A stretch of 64,000 bases of DNA from Octopus sinensis (taxonomy: Eukaryota). Positions 23,880 through 37,190 of the stretch are shown piece after piece (position 1 is the first letter of the stretch; each line of letters begins with the position of its first letter). Location: the NCBI RefSeq assembly GCF_006345805.1, contig NC_042999.1, positions 5,704,001-5,768,000 on the forward strand. Reading direction: 5' to 3'. Position numbers and translations under genes: made by a program. The notes beneath the pieces are model-generated. The model saw only the letters and a list, made by a program, of their open reading frames with translations. It was not told the DNA's origin and searched no databases.

Positions 23880-25200
23880 ATACGATTATTGAATCTGCTC
23901 CTTATTTCAATTTAGATCTTGTGAATTTCCATTTTGGTTGAGTCATTGAAACCCGACCGATCTGTTACCGATCTGTTACCAATTGGATATTTATTTGTAT
24001 CCTGCACTGTTTCGACTCCATAGATTCATTGCAGTCTGGTGAAAAGAAAATTGGGAAGGTACCACAGATTAGGTTACTTCAGTTCCAGATATTTTATTTC
24101 TAAAAATTGTTTCCAGAACTAAACTTTGACTGAGATTTGTAGATCATCCATTGAGTCCAGGGTCCTCCTGTAATTTCATTAGTTCCATTTCCACAGCAGA
24201 AGATTCTGGAACGAGTGTCTGGAATACTGGATAGCCATTGATGACTTCATCAAAAAAGTCCAAGCAAGTCTGCATTCTCTGCAAGACATCAGACTGAGTC
24301 AAGAAATTATCAAGGAACCCTTGTTGTTTATCTTTGTATTCTTCGAACCGTTTCAAAATCAAGGAATATACTTACTGTCAGAGAGATTGCGAAACTCACT
24401 AAAGCTTTTTGTTTCACAATGTCCGTGAACAACTCTTATTTTATTCCGAAAGTTAAACATAGGCATAGGAGTGGCTGTGTGGTAAGTAGCTTGCTTACCA
24501 ACCACATGGTTCTGGGTTCAGTCCCACTGCATGGCACCTTCGGTAAGTGTCTTCTGCTATAGCTTTGGGCCGACCAAAGCCTTGTGAGTGGATTTGGTAG
24601 ACGGAAACTGAAAGAAGCCCGTCGTATATATGTATATATATATATATATGTATGTGTGTGTATATGTTTATATATCTGTGTTTGTCCCCCCAACATCGCT
24701 TGACAACCGATGCTGGTGTGTTTACATCCCCATAATTTAGCGGTTCGGCAAAAAAGAATGATAGAATAAGTACTAGGCTTACAAAGAATAAGTCCTGGGG
24801 TCGATTTGCTTGACTAAAGGCGGTGCTCCAGCATGGCCACAGTCAAATGACCGAAACGAGTAAAAGAGTATTAAAAAAAATCACAAACAATCTTATTCTA
24901 CATAAGAATTTTAAGTTGGCATTTCATGAATGGTTCTTTAACTTATAAAGTTTTGCATTCTTTCAGCTTTTTAGGATTAAAATAACTGTCAAGAGATCTG
25001 TTAACCTATTTTAAAAAGTTAAACTAATAAAACACACACAATTTATCATCACGTTCCGGCATTTCAATAAAGTTTCTAAAATGTTGGTGACTTTTCCAAC
25101 AGAATTTTTTTTTAAATAACAATTTCAAGACAGATTCCATGACATTGTCCTACTTGAAGCATTTAGCAGTTGTTCATGATGGAGAATACGGGGGAAAAAC
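23880..25200 (-). pseudogene. Degraded hAT (Buster/SPIN, GTF2IRD2-like) transposase with an S2 insertion (24460-24870)
   Basis: ILHHEQLL..DNVMESVLEIV..HQHFRNFIEM (about 25080-25190); KRFEEY..VEMELMKLQED (24144-24362); FWKQFLEIKY (about 24080-24115). The order fits the hAT C-terminal half. Motif match is from recall. Confidence 0.6.
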
Positions 25201-25659
25201 TGTGGGTAGCTTGGTCTCAGGTCAGCCTTTATTGAGCAGACTTTTAATCAAAGACTCTCCAACTGTGACTATCCTGTCATTTTATGCACATCCAAGTTAG
25301 CCAAAACCACATTATTTTATGTATTCATTTTTAAGAATGACTTGAGGGGCACTTGGTTGCTAGATTTATCAGATCAAGCTTCTTCAATAACACATTCCTC
25401 ACTGGTTTGTTAAACACTTATAGCGGTTTTACCATGTTGCAAGACCAAAGATTTGAACCCCATTCTCTAGTGCCACGAATGGACCACGCACTTATCATGT
25501 ATATGTTATATTTATCAACCTATCGGCTTGCAGGAGATCATCTCAGATGTCCTTGAGATTGGTGCCTTTTCCACAAGTAATAAGCAGTTTGGAGCTAAAC
25601 ATCTTAGCAACCTGGCAACACACAACTCAGCTCTCACCACAAGCAATCTAGGTGCCACC

Positions 25660-26085
25660 GGCACAGGTGTCACAACTACAATTTCCATTTGATATTTATT
25701 TTGATGTTGATGTACTTGACTCAATAGGTCTCCTCAAGGTCAAGTGCCACTGGCACAGAAGCCAGTCGAAGCGGCGCTGGCATCAGCCATGTTTGGATGG
25801 TGCTTTTTACGTGCCGCCGGCACAGGTATCATGACTACAATTTCCATTTGATATTTATTTTGATGTTGATGTTGATGTACTTGACTCAATAGGTCTCCTC
25901 AAGCTCAGCAGGTCACCCTACAATCCAAGGTAAGCACAGCAGGTCGTTCTGCAATCCAAGGTACTTTGGATGGGCTGGGGCTATGAGAAACTGGTGCATG
26001 AACTCACATTATTTGTCGGGTCTTTGCAATCACAGCATATCTCCAGAGATCTCGGTCTTTTGTCATTGTCTCTGTGAGGCCCAGG
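25660..26085 (-). mobile_element. RTE LINE 3' end plus 3' UTR with a tandem duplication
   Basis: LGLTETMTKDRDLWRYAVIAKTRQIM*; the tail gtcaagtacatcaacatc occurs twice. Confidence 0.65.
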
Positions 26086-26337
26086 CTGAGTAAAAAAATA
26101 TATATATATAAAAAACCAGTTAAAGACATATTATTTCATTCTTGCTCAAAGCAGCCAGAGATCTGAATATATTCAGATAAATTCACGTCTCAAGTTTCAT
26201 TCGAGGCTAATTCGTTCCTATCTCAAGAATTAGCCATTAATGACTGTAGGACAGAGTGAAAGTTGATCCCTATATCCTAAGTTTCAGCAGTGAGTATCTG
26301 AAACTCCCTTATTATATAGGTACAGTCTTTCTTTTAA

Positions 26338-26645
26338 TCATCATCATCATTTAATGTCCGTTTTCCGTGCTAGCACGGGTTGGACGGTTCGACCGAGGTC
26401 TGGGAAGCCAGGAGGCTGCACCAGGCTCCAGTCTGATCTGGCAGTGTTTCTACAGCTGGATGCCCTTCCTAACGCCAACCACTCCATGAGTGTAGTGGGT
26501 ACTTTTTACTTGCCGCTGGCACAGGTGCCAGAGGAGTCTGGCAACGGCCACGATCGGTTGGTGCTTTTTACGTCCCACCGGCACAGAAGCCAGTCAAGGC
26601 GGCGCTGGCATCGGCCACGGTCGGATGGTGCTTTTTATGTGCCAC
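26338..26645 (-). mobile_element. SINE S1
   Basis: Tail and core. Confidence 0.8.
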
Positions 26646-27779
26646 TGTTCGTAAGATTTGTCTTTGTTAATAACACATGTAACCCAGCCTAATCCATAAT
26701 CTTACACCAAAATCTTCAATGGCAATGAAGAACCCCAACTCCCTTCGATCCCATCACAACTCTCCCAACTTCCGGCAAAACCACTTCCGGTGCAGCTAAA
26801 TCTTTAACTAAACCCACCCCAGATCTGCATCTGACTGACTTAATGCTTTTTTCCTTCCTTAATCTTTGTTGACCCGGAATTTCTTTAATCCCTGTACCCT
26901 CCTATGAAACCCAATGTAAACATTAAGATTTCAATGAAATCATTAAACGTCGATCATTCAATTTAGACAAATATAAATGTGACATGAGACAAACTCTAAT
27001 AATATTTCTGATAAAAAAAGGTTATAGCAAGATTCAAAACCAAATCAGCAAATTGCCAAGTTAAAATCACGGTTTAGCAACAGTTTTAGTAAATTATGGT
27101 AAATTTTTATAATAACACTTGCACGATTTTTACTAAAAAAAATTTTTTTTAAACTTGGATTTTTTGCGTGGAAGTACTCTGACCTAATATGCTGCAAATC
27201 CCTTATTTTGGTTCAGAAAAAGAGGGGGCACCGCCCCCTCCATCCCGGAATCATTGGAATTTTTTTTGTTTTTCATTGGATGAATTCTTGTGACCTCCTA
27301 ATATACTACAAAACCCTTTTTGGGATCCGAAAAACGGGGTGGGGTGAAGTGGAAGCCTCGGAAATTTCACCCCTACCCCCATTGATCTTTTCACCCGCAC
27401 ACTTTTCACTAAGGACCATAACTTTATTATTTAACCTCAAATCAACCCTGATACAACAAACCTATCATCAAAGACATTCCAGTCTTCAGCAAACCGACTT
27501 TTTAGGGATAATCTAGGACATTATGTACAATGGGTGTGTGATTTAGGTAGGGGGATACTTCGGCTGCTATTTTTAGCATGTCAAGCGACCAGGTGGAGGC
27601 TCTTTCATTGGTTCAATTGTGTGATGAGATTTTTTTACACATATATGTAATATGTAATATATTTATATATCAAACACGAATTTGGCCATTGTCACTCTGT
27701 AACTTCTGCCTGATATTAATGTGTGTGTGTGTGTAATGGACCCGGAAGTTGTTGTTTGCAAACAGCCGCAGTAATTTTT

Positions 27780-27990
27780 TCCAGCTAAATACACATCATT
27801 GATTGGTTAAAATTACCCAAATACGACAACTTTAACACGAAATAACTTCTAAAATACAAAATTTTGTCAAAATCATTAAGAGTAAACCCTGTTCTATGTG
27901 ACACATTCAACCAGTATCCGAAGTTTCAAAGTGTTTAGTTGAAAAAAAATTAATCAAAATATCTGGCCATCAAATTGACTAGATCCGTTA
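27780..27990. mobile_element. Diverged relative of the 56787 family terminus
   Basis: gacacattcaaccagtatccgaagtttcaaagtgtttag..tagatccg. Confidence 0.55.
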
Positions 27991-28994
27991 TTTACCCAAC
28001 TAAGTAGACAAGAACCGCGATTCTAAGACATGAACTTAGCGTGTATATTTTCTCCTGTCTTGGCAGCTTAATTCCACTTAATCAACAATTTTGTAATAGC
28101 TACAGAATTATCCTCCCAGTGAGTAAACTTTGTTACAATTTCTAATCCACGATCAACACGAAAATTCTTTACTCAGTAAAATAAAATTACTGCTAACTGT
28201 TCGCCAAGTGTCGTTACATTGCTTACACGCAGCCACGCATCTACTTTGCGACTCAACCGATACACACGAGTCTCCCATTAAATGCCAGAGTCGCCCACGA
28301 TTCGTCCTCATCTCCGCGGGCATCTCCTCCTTAATTTGACTCATTAAGTGTCGATGTCTTTCTTGTGTCTATTGACTACTTCGGTCTGTTTCTCGTACAC
28401 TTTGTTACTTAGCAACCCTTGAATGCAGTCCACTTGCTGAGCAACTGCAGAATATTTACTTGTGTTGACAAATATTGATTCCAATCAGCTGCCGTCTGAT
28501 AACAATGTCACTACAATCTTCCGATTTAGTTAAGCTGGAAGGATTATTTCACTTTAAAGCTAACAAATCCACCCATATGGATATATCTTCAACTTATAAT
28601 AACAATGAACCAAGTTGAAGAGAAAGAAACTTTCTGAATTAAAATCTGGTTTAGATAATGGTCAGTTCTTGCTTTTTATTCTTGCAAAACCTATTAAGTA
28701 AACACAAGGTGCATGTTGAAGACGGTTCGTTTGAATGGACATCTACCCTGAATGTGTTAATTCATGGTAATGTGAGAAACATCATTATATCCTTCGATGT
28801 TCGTTGGTGTTCTAAATTAAAATCGTGCAGGAATTGATAAGGTTAATAATAGATATTATGTCACCACTTGGGAAATAGGTGAAACCATTCTGTGACAGGG
28901 AAAAACTTATACAGAGACAAGATAAGTTGTTTTACAAAGTGAATAAATTATATCGTGTGTCATCAAAATATATTCAATCAAGAAAGTGGAAATA

Positions 28995-29056
28995 TTATTG
29001 TTGTTGCTGTTGTTGTTGTTGTTCAGTAGTTTTATTGTTATTATTATTATTATTAC

Positions 29057-29120
<64 letters not shown>

Positions 29121-29149
29121 TAGTTTTATTATTATTATTATTGTTATTA

Positions 29150-29201
<52 letters not shown>

Positions 29202-29236
29202 CATCATCATCATTATTATTATTGTTGTTATTGTTG

Positions 29237-29288
<52 letters not shown>

Positions 29289-29290
29289 CA
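28995..29290. repeat. (ATT)n/(GTT)n microsatellite with embedded element termini
   Basis: Direct inspection; ttcagtagttttatt at 29022 and 29116. Confidence 0.95.
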
Positions 29291-30211
29291 TTCAGTAGTT
29301 TTATTTTTATAGGGTGCTTTCACTTCACTACCGAGCGCAGCTCTGTGTGCCTTGGGTATGTGCTGTGGTTTGTTGTGATGCTCTGATGGTTATTGTATGC
29401 AAAGTGTTCTGCGTAGGATGTGTGCAGTGCCTAGTAGTGCAATTTTCTGTATGTTATATGTGTTTGTAAGTCCTGGTGTTTTTATTATGTATTTGTCTGA
29501 ATATTTTTTTATCCTGCCTAATGCACCTACTATGATAGGAATTGTTTCTGTTTTTAGATTCCACATTCTGGTTACCTCTATTTCCAGGTCTTTGTATTTT
29601 GAAAGTTTCTCCATTTCTTTTAGAGACACGTTGTCATCTGCTGGTATTGATACATCAATTAGAAAGCATTTTTTTCTTCATGATCTCTGACAACTATATC
29701 TGGCCTGTTGACCTTAATTTCTCTATCTGTGTGTATTGGCATATCCCAGAGTATGGTTGCTTTCTCGTTTTCTGTGACCTTTTCTGGTGTGTGCCTATAC
29801 CATCTTTTTTCTGCTGTTATTCCATAATGTTGGCATAGCTTCCAGTGTATGTAGGTCTCAACTCTGTCGTGTCTGTGAATATATTCCTTCTTAGCCAGGA
29901 CTGGGCAGCTAGAGATAATATGATTTATTGTTTCTTGTCCATCTCCACATATTCTGCAGTTACTTGTTATATTTCTTTTCATTATATGTTTTTGGTAATT
30001 TCTGGTGGGGAGACTTTGGTCTTGTGCTGCAATTAAAAATCCCTCTAGCTCTGCTTTGAGTCCTGAGCTTTTCAACCATTTTTGGGATTTTTCTTTGTCT
30101 ATTTCTTTTGCATTTAGTTTAGCCCAGTATTTGCCGTGAAGGGGCTTTTCTTGCCATCGTTTTATCATAGTCCGTTGCTGTTCTAGTTTTAGTTTAGATT
30201 TCATTTGTTTG

Positions 30212-30217
<6 letters not shown>
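29291..30217 (-). mobile_element. R4/Dong-clade non-LTR retrotransposon, 5'-truncated (RLE domain)
   Basis: CCHC CRICGDGQETINHIISSC; RHD; RPDIVV..LIDVSIP..KLSKYKDL..IIVGALG; (TAA)n on both sides. Confidence 0.85.
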
Positions 30218-30255
<38 letters not shown>

Positions 30256-30256
<1 letters not shown>

Positions 30257-30397
30257 GAGTGAGAGAGCAGTGCATGCCATCAAAGTGACACTGGGGTAAA
30301 ATATACGAAGCCCAGTATACCCATCATGACTACCCGTCTGATAAGGGTACACTAGGCACATGCATCACAACCATATGTGCGTGACATGGTGATCTTT
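30256..30397. mobile_element. Short non-coding insert bounded by (ATT)n on both sides
   Basis: Non-repetitive stretch of about 140 bp between two ATT tracts. Confidence 0.4.
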
Positions 30398-30504
30398 ATT
30401 ATTATTATTATTATTATTATAGGTGCAGACGTGGCTGTGTGGTAAGACGCTTGCTTCCCAAACACATGGTTCCGGGTTCAGTCCCGCTACGTAGCACCTT
30501 GGTA

Positions 30505-31675
30505 ACCATATAGTCCGCTATAGTGCACCCATCCTGAAATGACGAAGGCGGAGATTGACCAACTCGATTGCACTACTCGAACGACAATGACAATGTATGG
30601 TGCCCTCCACTCTAAGGTAAATGTACACAGGCTCTACATGAAGAGAAGTAAGGGTGGACGTGGGCTGATTAGTGTACAGGAGTGCATCAATAGTGAAAGA
30701 AACATGGCAGAATAGTTGGTAAGCAGCAAACAAGACCTGCTACAATTTGCAGCTAGGGCAGAAGGATTCAACAAAAATGGACTTGAGAGTGCTCATGAAT
30801 TCCGAACAAGAACCGCCAAGGAAAGAGATGAAACCCTGCCCCGTAAGGAATTACATGGTCAGTTCCACCATGAAACCAACAAATTAAAAGACCAGGGAGC
30901 ATCATGGAGATGGCTCCGGAAGGGTGACCTAAAAAATAATACTGAAAGCCTAATCATTGCTGCCCAGGTCCAGGCATTGAGTACCAACTCAGTGGAAAAG
31001 AATATATGCCACACAAGAGCATCGGACTTCTGCAGAATGTGTGGAAAGAGGTTTGAAAGCATGACTCACATTGTTAGTGCTTGTGAAAGTCTTACGCAGA
31101 GAGTGCAAGCATAAACACGACAAAGTAGCCCAAAACCTCCATTGGCTACTATGCCGTAAGTATGGATATGAGGTTACGAGTGTTTGGTACCAACATACAC
31201 TGAAAAAAGTTATGGACGAAGAAGGGAAAGCAAAAATCTTCTGGGACTTTGATTTCCAGACAGACAAAGAGTTGGAGCACTGAAGGCCGGGTATAGTAAT
31301 CTTTAGGAGGGACAAACAAGAGTGCCTAATAATCGACGTAGCAGTGCCAGGAGATCAACATATCCTCATGAAAGAAGGAGAAAAAGTTGATAAATATTGA
31401 GACCTGAGGATTGAGATCGCTAAGATGTGGTAGTTACGAGAGTCGAACATAAAGTTTATCCCTATTGTCAATCGGAGCACTGGGTTCAATACCACCCAAT
31501 CTAGAAACCTTAGAGATACCCTACTATCTAGATGCATTGGAACTGCACGCATATTGCGTAAAGTATTCTGTCTGTCTGAGGTCCTTGCTGTGACTTGACA
31601 AACATTACAAACCCCGGTAGAGACAATATCTTCAATCAACAACCTCACGATATTGTAAACTGTGCGACGTCTATA
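30505..31675 (+). pseudogene. Second, older R4/Dong-like element (RT C-terminus, CCHC, RLE)
   Basis: HRLYMKRSKGGRGL; LHGQF; TESLIIAAQVQAL; CRMCGKRFESMTHIVSAC; KIFWDF..TD..RPGIV..IIDVAVPGD; contains stops and frameshifts. Confidence 0.85.
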
Positions 31676-31724
31676 ATAACAACAATAATAATGACGACGA
31701 CGACGATGATGATGATGATGATGA

Positions 31725-32145
31725 TCCTTTCTGCTAGAGGCACAAGGCCTGAAATTTTGGGGGAGGGGATTAGTCGATTATATCGACCCCAGTGCTTGAC
31801 TGGTACTTATTTTATCGACCCCAAAAAGACGAAAGCAAAGTCGACCACGGCAGAATTTGAACTCAGGATGTTAGGACGGACAAAATACCTATTTCTTTAC
31901 TACCCACAAGGGGCCAAACACAGAGAGGACAAACAAGGACAAACAAACAGATTAAATTGATTATATCGATGGATTAAGTCGATTATATCGACCCCAGTGC
32001 GTAATTGGTACTTAATTTATCGACCCCGAAAGGATGAAAGGCAAAGTCGACATTGGCGGAATTTGAACTCAGAACGTAACGGCAGACGAAATACAGCTAT
32101 GCATTTCGCCCGGCGTGCTAACGTTTCTGCCAGCTCGCCGCCTTG
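31725..32145 (-). mobile_element. S5 SINE dimer
   Basis: Same fixed junction aaataggtattt(c/t)gtc as in other multimers. Confidence 0.75.
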
Positions 32146-32494
32146 AGGCTACAATAAGCAGTTTATTAATACTATTAATAAAAAGAATTATTATTATTAT
32201 TATTATTATTATTAATAAGATCATCAGCACAAGCCTCCTTTGGCCCGGGGGAGCAGGCAGTTTTTATTTGTCCAGTGGCTGCAGCGAAAGAGAAGATTGT
32301 TATAATGGCTGATTGGGTACCACTTTTATACGATGTGGTGTGTTATCTTATATTGGTTTCTACTGGGAGAGATAAATGTATTTTATTAGCTTGAGTAAGA
32401 ATCAATATTGATAAACCCATCACTTATAACTTAATTATAAGTGTCATCACTGTACATATATCTCAACTCAAGCTACATGATCTCCGCAGTGAAA

Positions 32495-32905
32495 TTATCA
32501 TCATCATCATCATCCGCTTTCCATGCTAGAATGGGTTGGATGATTTTGACTGAGGACTGGCAAACCAGACGGCTGCACCAGGCTCCAATCTTGATCTAGC
32601 AGAGTCTCTAAAGCTAGATGCCCTTCCTAACGCCAACCACTCCGAGAGTGTAGTGGGTGCTTTTTACGGACCACTGGCACGGGGCCAGTCAGGCGGTACT
32701 GGCAACGACCTCACTCAAATCCTTTTACACATGCCCCCAGCACAGGTGCCAGTAAGGCGATGCTGGTAACGATCACACTCGAATGATGCCCTTTTACGTG
32801 CCACTGGCATGGAAGCCAGTTGGCTGCTCTGGCAACGATCACCCTCGGATGGTGCTTTTGGCACCCTACTAGCACGGACACAAGTGCCAGTAAGGTGACG
32901 CTGGC
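32495..32905 (-). mobile_element. SINE S1
   Basis: Tail, core and tandem units. Confidence 0.75.
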
Positions 32906-32934
32906 ACACACACGCACACGCACACACACACACA

Positions 32935-33355
<421 letters not shown>

Positions 33356-34034
33356 ATATATATATATACACATCAAAATGCCTAACGGACATATAAATGT
33401 GCATGTATGTTGAAGATGAATAAGTTCGTGTTCGTTTCACCGCTATAAAATACAGTTTCATAATTGCAGAAATAAATTTCATTAACAGGTATGAATCAGC
33501 CCACATCCACCCTTAGTAAAGAAAGAGAAAATATTTACTACATTAGTTTATTTTTTATGTACATTTAATATTTACAATACCTTTTGAAGTCAGGTAATTT
33601 GTCGTAGAGAGTCACGACATAGATTTTATATTAGCTAATTCTTTCATACTAAACTACGAGAGTTTACACAACAATTCAAATAAGTCTTGTTGGATTTAAG
33701 TAATTAGACATGGCATAAAAATATTGGAGGTGGTGGGGAAACGGTCTATTTGGTAGGTGTCCACCGTGTTGTGGCGTGCATGTTTGTATGTAGGTGTGTT
33801 GGTGAATGCTCTGGTCTGCCGGACTCCAGAGTATTGGTGGAGAGCTGAGGCTGGGGGTCTGCTGGTTGTAGTCGTTATGGGGCATGCAGGTATGATAGGA
33901 TGTACTTCTTTTCATGTAGGCAAGGATTAAACTCTTCACTTGTGCTATTTGGGTAAATGCCTCTGTGCTGGGTGCAAGGACATCTTTCCCCCGACTTATG
34001 GACTTTTAGATGACTTACTTACATATGTGTGTGT

Positions 34035-34340
34035 ATAGGCACAGGTGTGGCTGTGTGGTAAGAAGCTTACTACCCAACCATATGGTCCCAATTTCAGCCC
34101 CACTGTGTAGCACCTTGGGCAAGTGTCTTCTATTGCAGCCTCAGGCCAACCAAAGCCATGTGAGTGGACTTGGTATATGGAAACTGAAAGAAGCCCATCA
34201 TGCGTGTGTGCGCGCACGCACGCGTGCATGCATTTGTGTGTCTTTAAGTATGTCTTTGTCTCCCATCATGGCTTGACAATGGCTGTTGCTTGAGTACCTC
34301 CCAGTAACTCAACGGTTCAGCAATATTCTAATAGAATTGG
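34035..34340 (+). mobile_element. SINE S2
   Basis: Head and body. Confidence 0.7.
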
Positions 34341-34669
34341 TACCGACTTTCTAAGCCAGAATCCGAAACTGAATACACAGTTTCAAACCACAGTTTTTGC
34401 TTTTTGCCCCAAACAATTAATCAGAATGAATTGACCTCTTTGATCAGTTCGAATTGTACATGGGTCGTAACGGATAAGGGAGGAAAAAACCTTTGTTTTC
34501 ATTTGACCTAATTTAGTTACAAAGACTATAGATACATTATCAAATATCAGCCGACCCCTTTGCAATTCGGTGCCTACCAAGCGCACACATCTTTTCTTCC
34601 TCACTCCAAGAAGAGAACTGTCACGTACAGCACAATATATTTCACCATTTCTATCTAAAACTCTGCTTA

Positions 34670-35245
34670 ATCAAAATCAAAATCAAATTTGATGACTGGC
34701 GTCTGTGCTAGCAGGGTGCAAAGAGCACCATATGAGTGTGATCATTGACAGAGCGGTCAACCGGCTTCTGTGCCAGTGACACTTAAAAGGCACCATTCGA
34801 GTGTGATCGATAACAGTGTCGCCTTACTGGCTCTCGAGCCCCGTGCTAGTAGGGTATTAATAGCACCATCCGAGCGTGATCGTTACCAGAGCGGCTATCT
34901 GGCCTCCATGCTGGTGGCACGTAAAAGACACCATTCGAGTGTGATCGTTACCAACGTCGCCTTACTGGCACCTGTGCCGGTGGCATGTGTAAAAACATTT
35001 GAGCGAGGTTGTTGCCAGTACCGCCTGATTGGCCCCCATGCCGGTATCACATAGAAAGCACCCACTACACTCTCAGGGTGGTTGGCGTTAGGAAGGGCAT
35101 CCAGCTGTAGAAACTCTGCCAGATCAAGATTGAAGCCTGGTGCAGCCATCTGGTTCGCCAGCCCTCATCAATTGTCCAGCCCATGCTAGCATGGAAAGCG
35201 GACATTAAACGATCATGATGATGATGATGATGTTGATGATGATCT
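34670..35245 (+). mobile_element. SINE S1, long form
   Basis: Multiple internal units plus (GAT)n tail. Confidence 0.75.
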
Positions 35246-35545
35246 ACTGGGATGTTCATACTCTCCCTTTTTCTCTAGTTGTCATGGAGATGAAACACTA
35301 CTAGCAACCGATACAGAATGAACTGGAGATCAACAAACATCTTGTGTCCACAAAGAACTACAAACAATTATTTTGATTATTGTAACGACTAATATTATAA
35401 TCAACATAATAAATGGTCATTACAAACGCAATTAATGTTGTTCTTCTCATTCGTTTATACGATGCAATTTATCTGCTACACGTAATCATTATAATTGATG
35501 ACCAACTATCATATTTTCGTTAAATGTAGTACACACACACACACA

Positions 35546-36374
35546 CAGGGTGTGATGGGTAAATTGTTGCTAGGCGACTACACAGTATAGTAGGGTCAGT
35601 TGGGCACCATCTGTGAGAAAAACAGCACCAAGATGCAATTCACTCAGCCAGAAATTTGGAAACGGTATGCAGTGCTGTACTGCTTGGCATTCGCACCAGA
35701 AGCTCTATGAACATTTGAGAGTATTTGGGTATCAATCTGAGAACATGTACCAAGAGTGATAAAAATCAAATATCCAGTCAACATCATGGTGTTTGGAGTG
35801 ATCGCTAGTGATGGCGACGTTATGCCTCCATTCATCTCCCCACATGGCTTCACACTCAACATGGAAGCCAACATCAAGTGCCTGGAGGAGGTAGTGATGC
35901 TCTGGATCAAGAGGGCGGCTGCTGGAAGACCCTATGTTTGGCAACAGGACTCTGCACCATGTTACACATGTAGGAGAACCCAGTTATGGCTGTCAGACAA
36001 TTTCTGTGACCACATAACCCCTAACATGTGGCCACCTAACTCCCAAGACAGCAATCCCTTTGATTATTATGATTGGGGCACTGTTGAGTGAGAGATCAAC
36101 AAAACCCCTTGTAACACCAAAGATGAACTGAAGGCAAGGATTATGGCAGCATTCACCAACTTAAACAAATAGACCATTCAGAAGAGTTGCAGGAGATTCT
36201 GAAGACGTCTTGAGGACATGGCTGAATACAATGGCAGTTTTATTAAATACATTTCCTCTCTAGTATTTCAAGAGATTTTTATGTAATTTTGGTAAATATA
36301 GAAGTTAAAATGAGACGTCAAGTGTTATTTTCCTTTTTGTATAATTTAGACGACAGCTTATTCACCGCACCTTG
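35546..36374 (+). mobile_element. Tc1/mariner maT (DD37D) element, internally deleted
   Basis: TIRs cagggtgtgatgggtaa / ttattcaccgcaccttg followed by TA; IMVFGVI..QQDSAP..WPPNSQDSNPFDY with 37 residues between the last two Asp; in-frame stops. Confidence 0.85.
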
Positions 36375-36377
36375 TAT

Positions 36378-36462
36378 ATACACACCATATATATATATAT
36401 ATATATGTATTTATTTATATATATATATATATATATGTATTTATATATATATATCTATATAT

Positions 36463-36511
<49 letters not shown>

Positions 36512-36566
36512 TATATATAATATATGTATTTATTATATATATAGTATATAATATATATATATAATG

Positions 36567-36603
<37 letters not shown>

Positions 36604-36677
36604 TTTATTATATAATTATATTATATATATAATATTATATGTATGTATTTATATATATTATATATATTATATATATG

Positions 36678-36770
<93 letters not shown>

Positions 36771-36828
36771 TATATATATATATATAGTATTTATATATAT
36801 AATATATATATATATATATATTATATAT

Positions 36829-36864
<36 letters not shown>

Positions 36865-36900
36865 GTAGATAGATAGATATAGATATATACATATATATAG
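36378..36900. repeat. (TA)n plus (GATA)n microsatellite
   Basis: Direct inspection. Confidence 0.95.
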
Positions 36901-36996
36901 ATACAGTAGAGTATATAATACCACTTGCTAAAATATCATTAATAACAGTAATACATCTTTATTTAAAATTTATATATATTTATATATTTACATATT

Positions 36997-37029
<33 letters not shown>

Positions 37030-37142
37030 GTGCGTGCGTGTGTGTGTGTGTGTGCGTGTGCGTGCGTGTGTGTGTTAAATAAAATGAGACAACAAAGCCG
37101 AGGCTGTGTGGAATTTTCAGGACATTTATATAGAGAGACTTA

Positions 37143-37190
37143 GTCTTACAGCTGTTTCTGGGACATTAGGGATATCCCTTCATCAGAGAC
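37143..37190 (-). ncRNA. Minimal type I hammerhead ribozyme (PLE type)
   Basis: GUCU CUGAUGA A GGGAUA UCCCUAA UGUCCC A GAAAC AGCU GUA AGAC; palindromic stem III ACAGCUGU. Confidence 0.7.

Noticed and set aside
24144-24362. Host-gene exon
   Set aside because: Flanking frames continue hAT transposase motifs through stops and frameshifts.
33676-33960. LINE endonuclease or gene fragment
   Set aside because: No recognisable motif in any frame with enough confidence.
34383-34620. Minus-strand exon or ORF
   Set aside because: Weak splice signals and no family resemblance.
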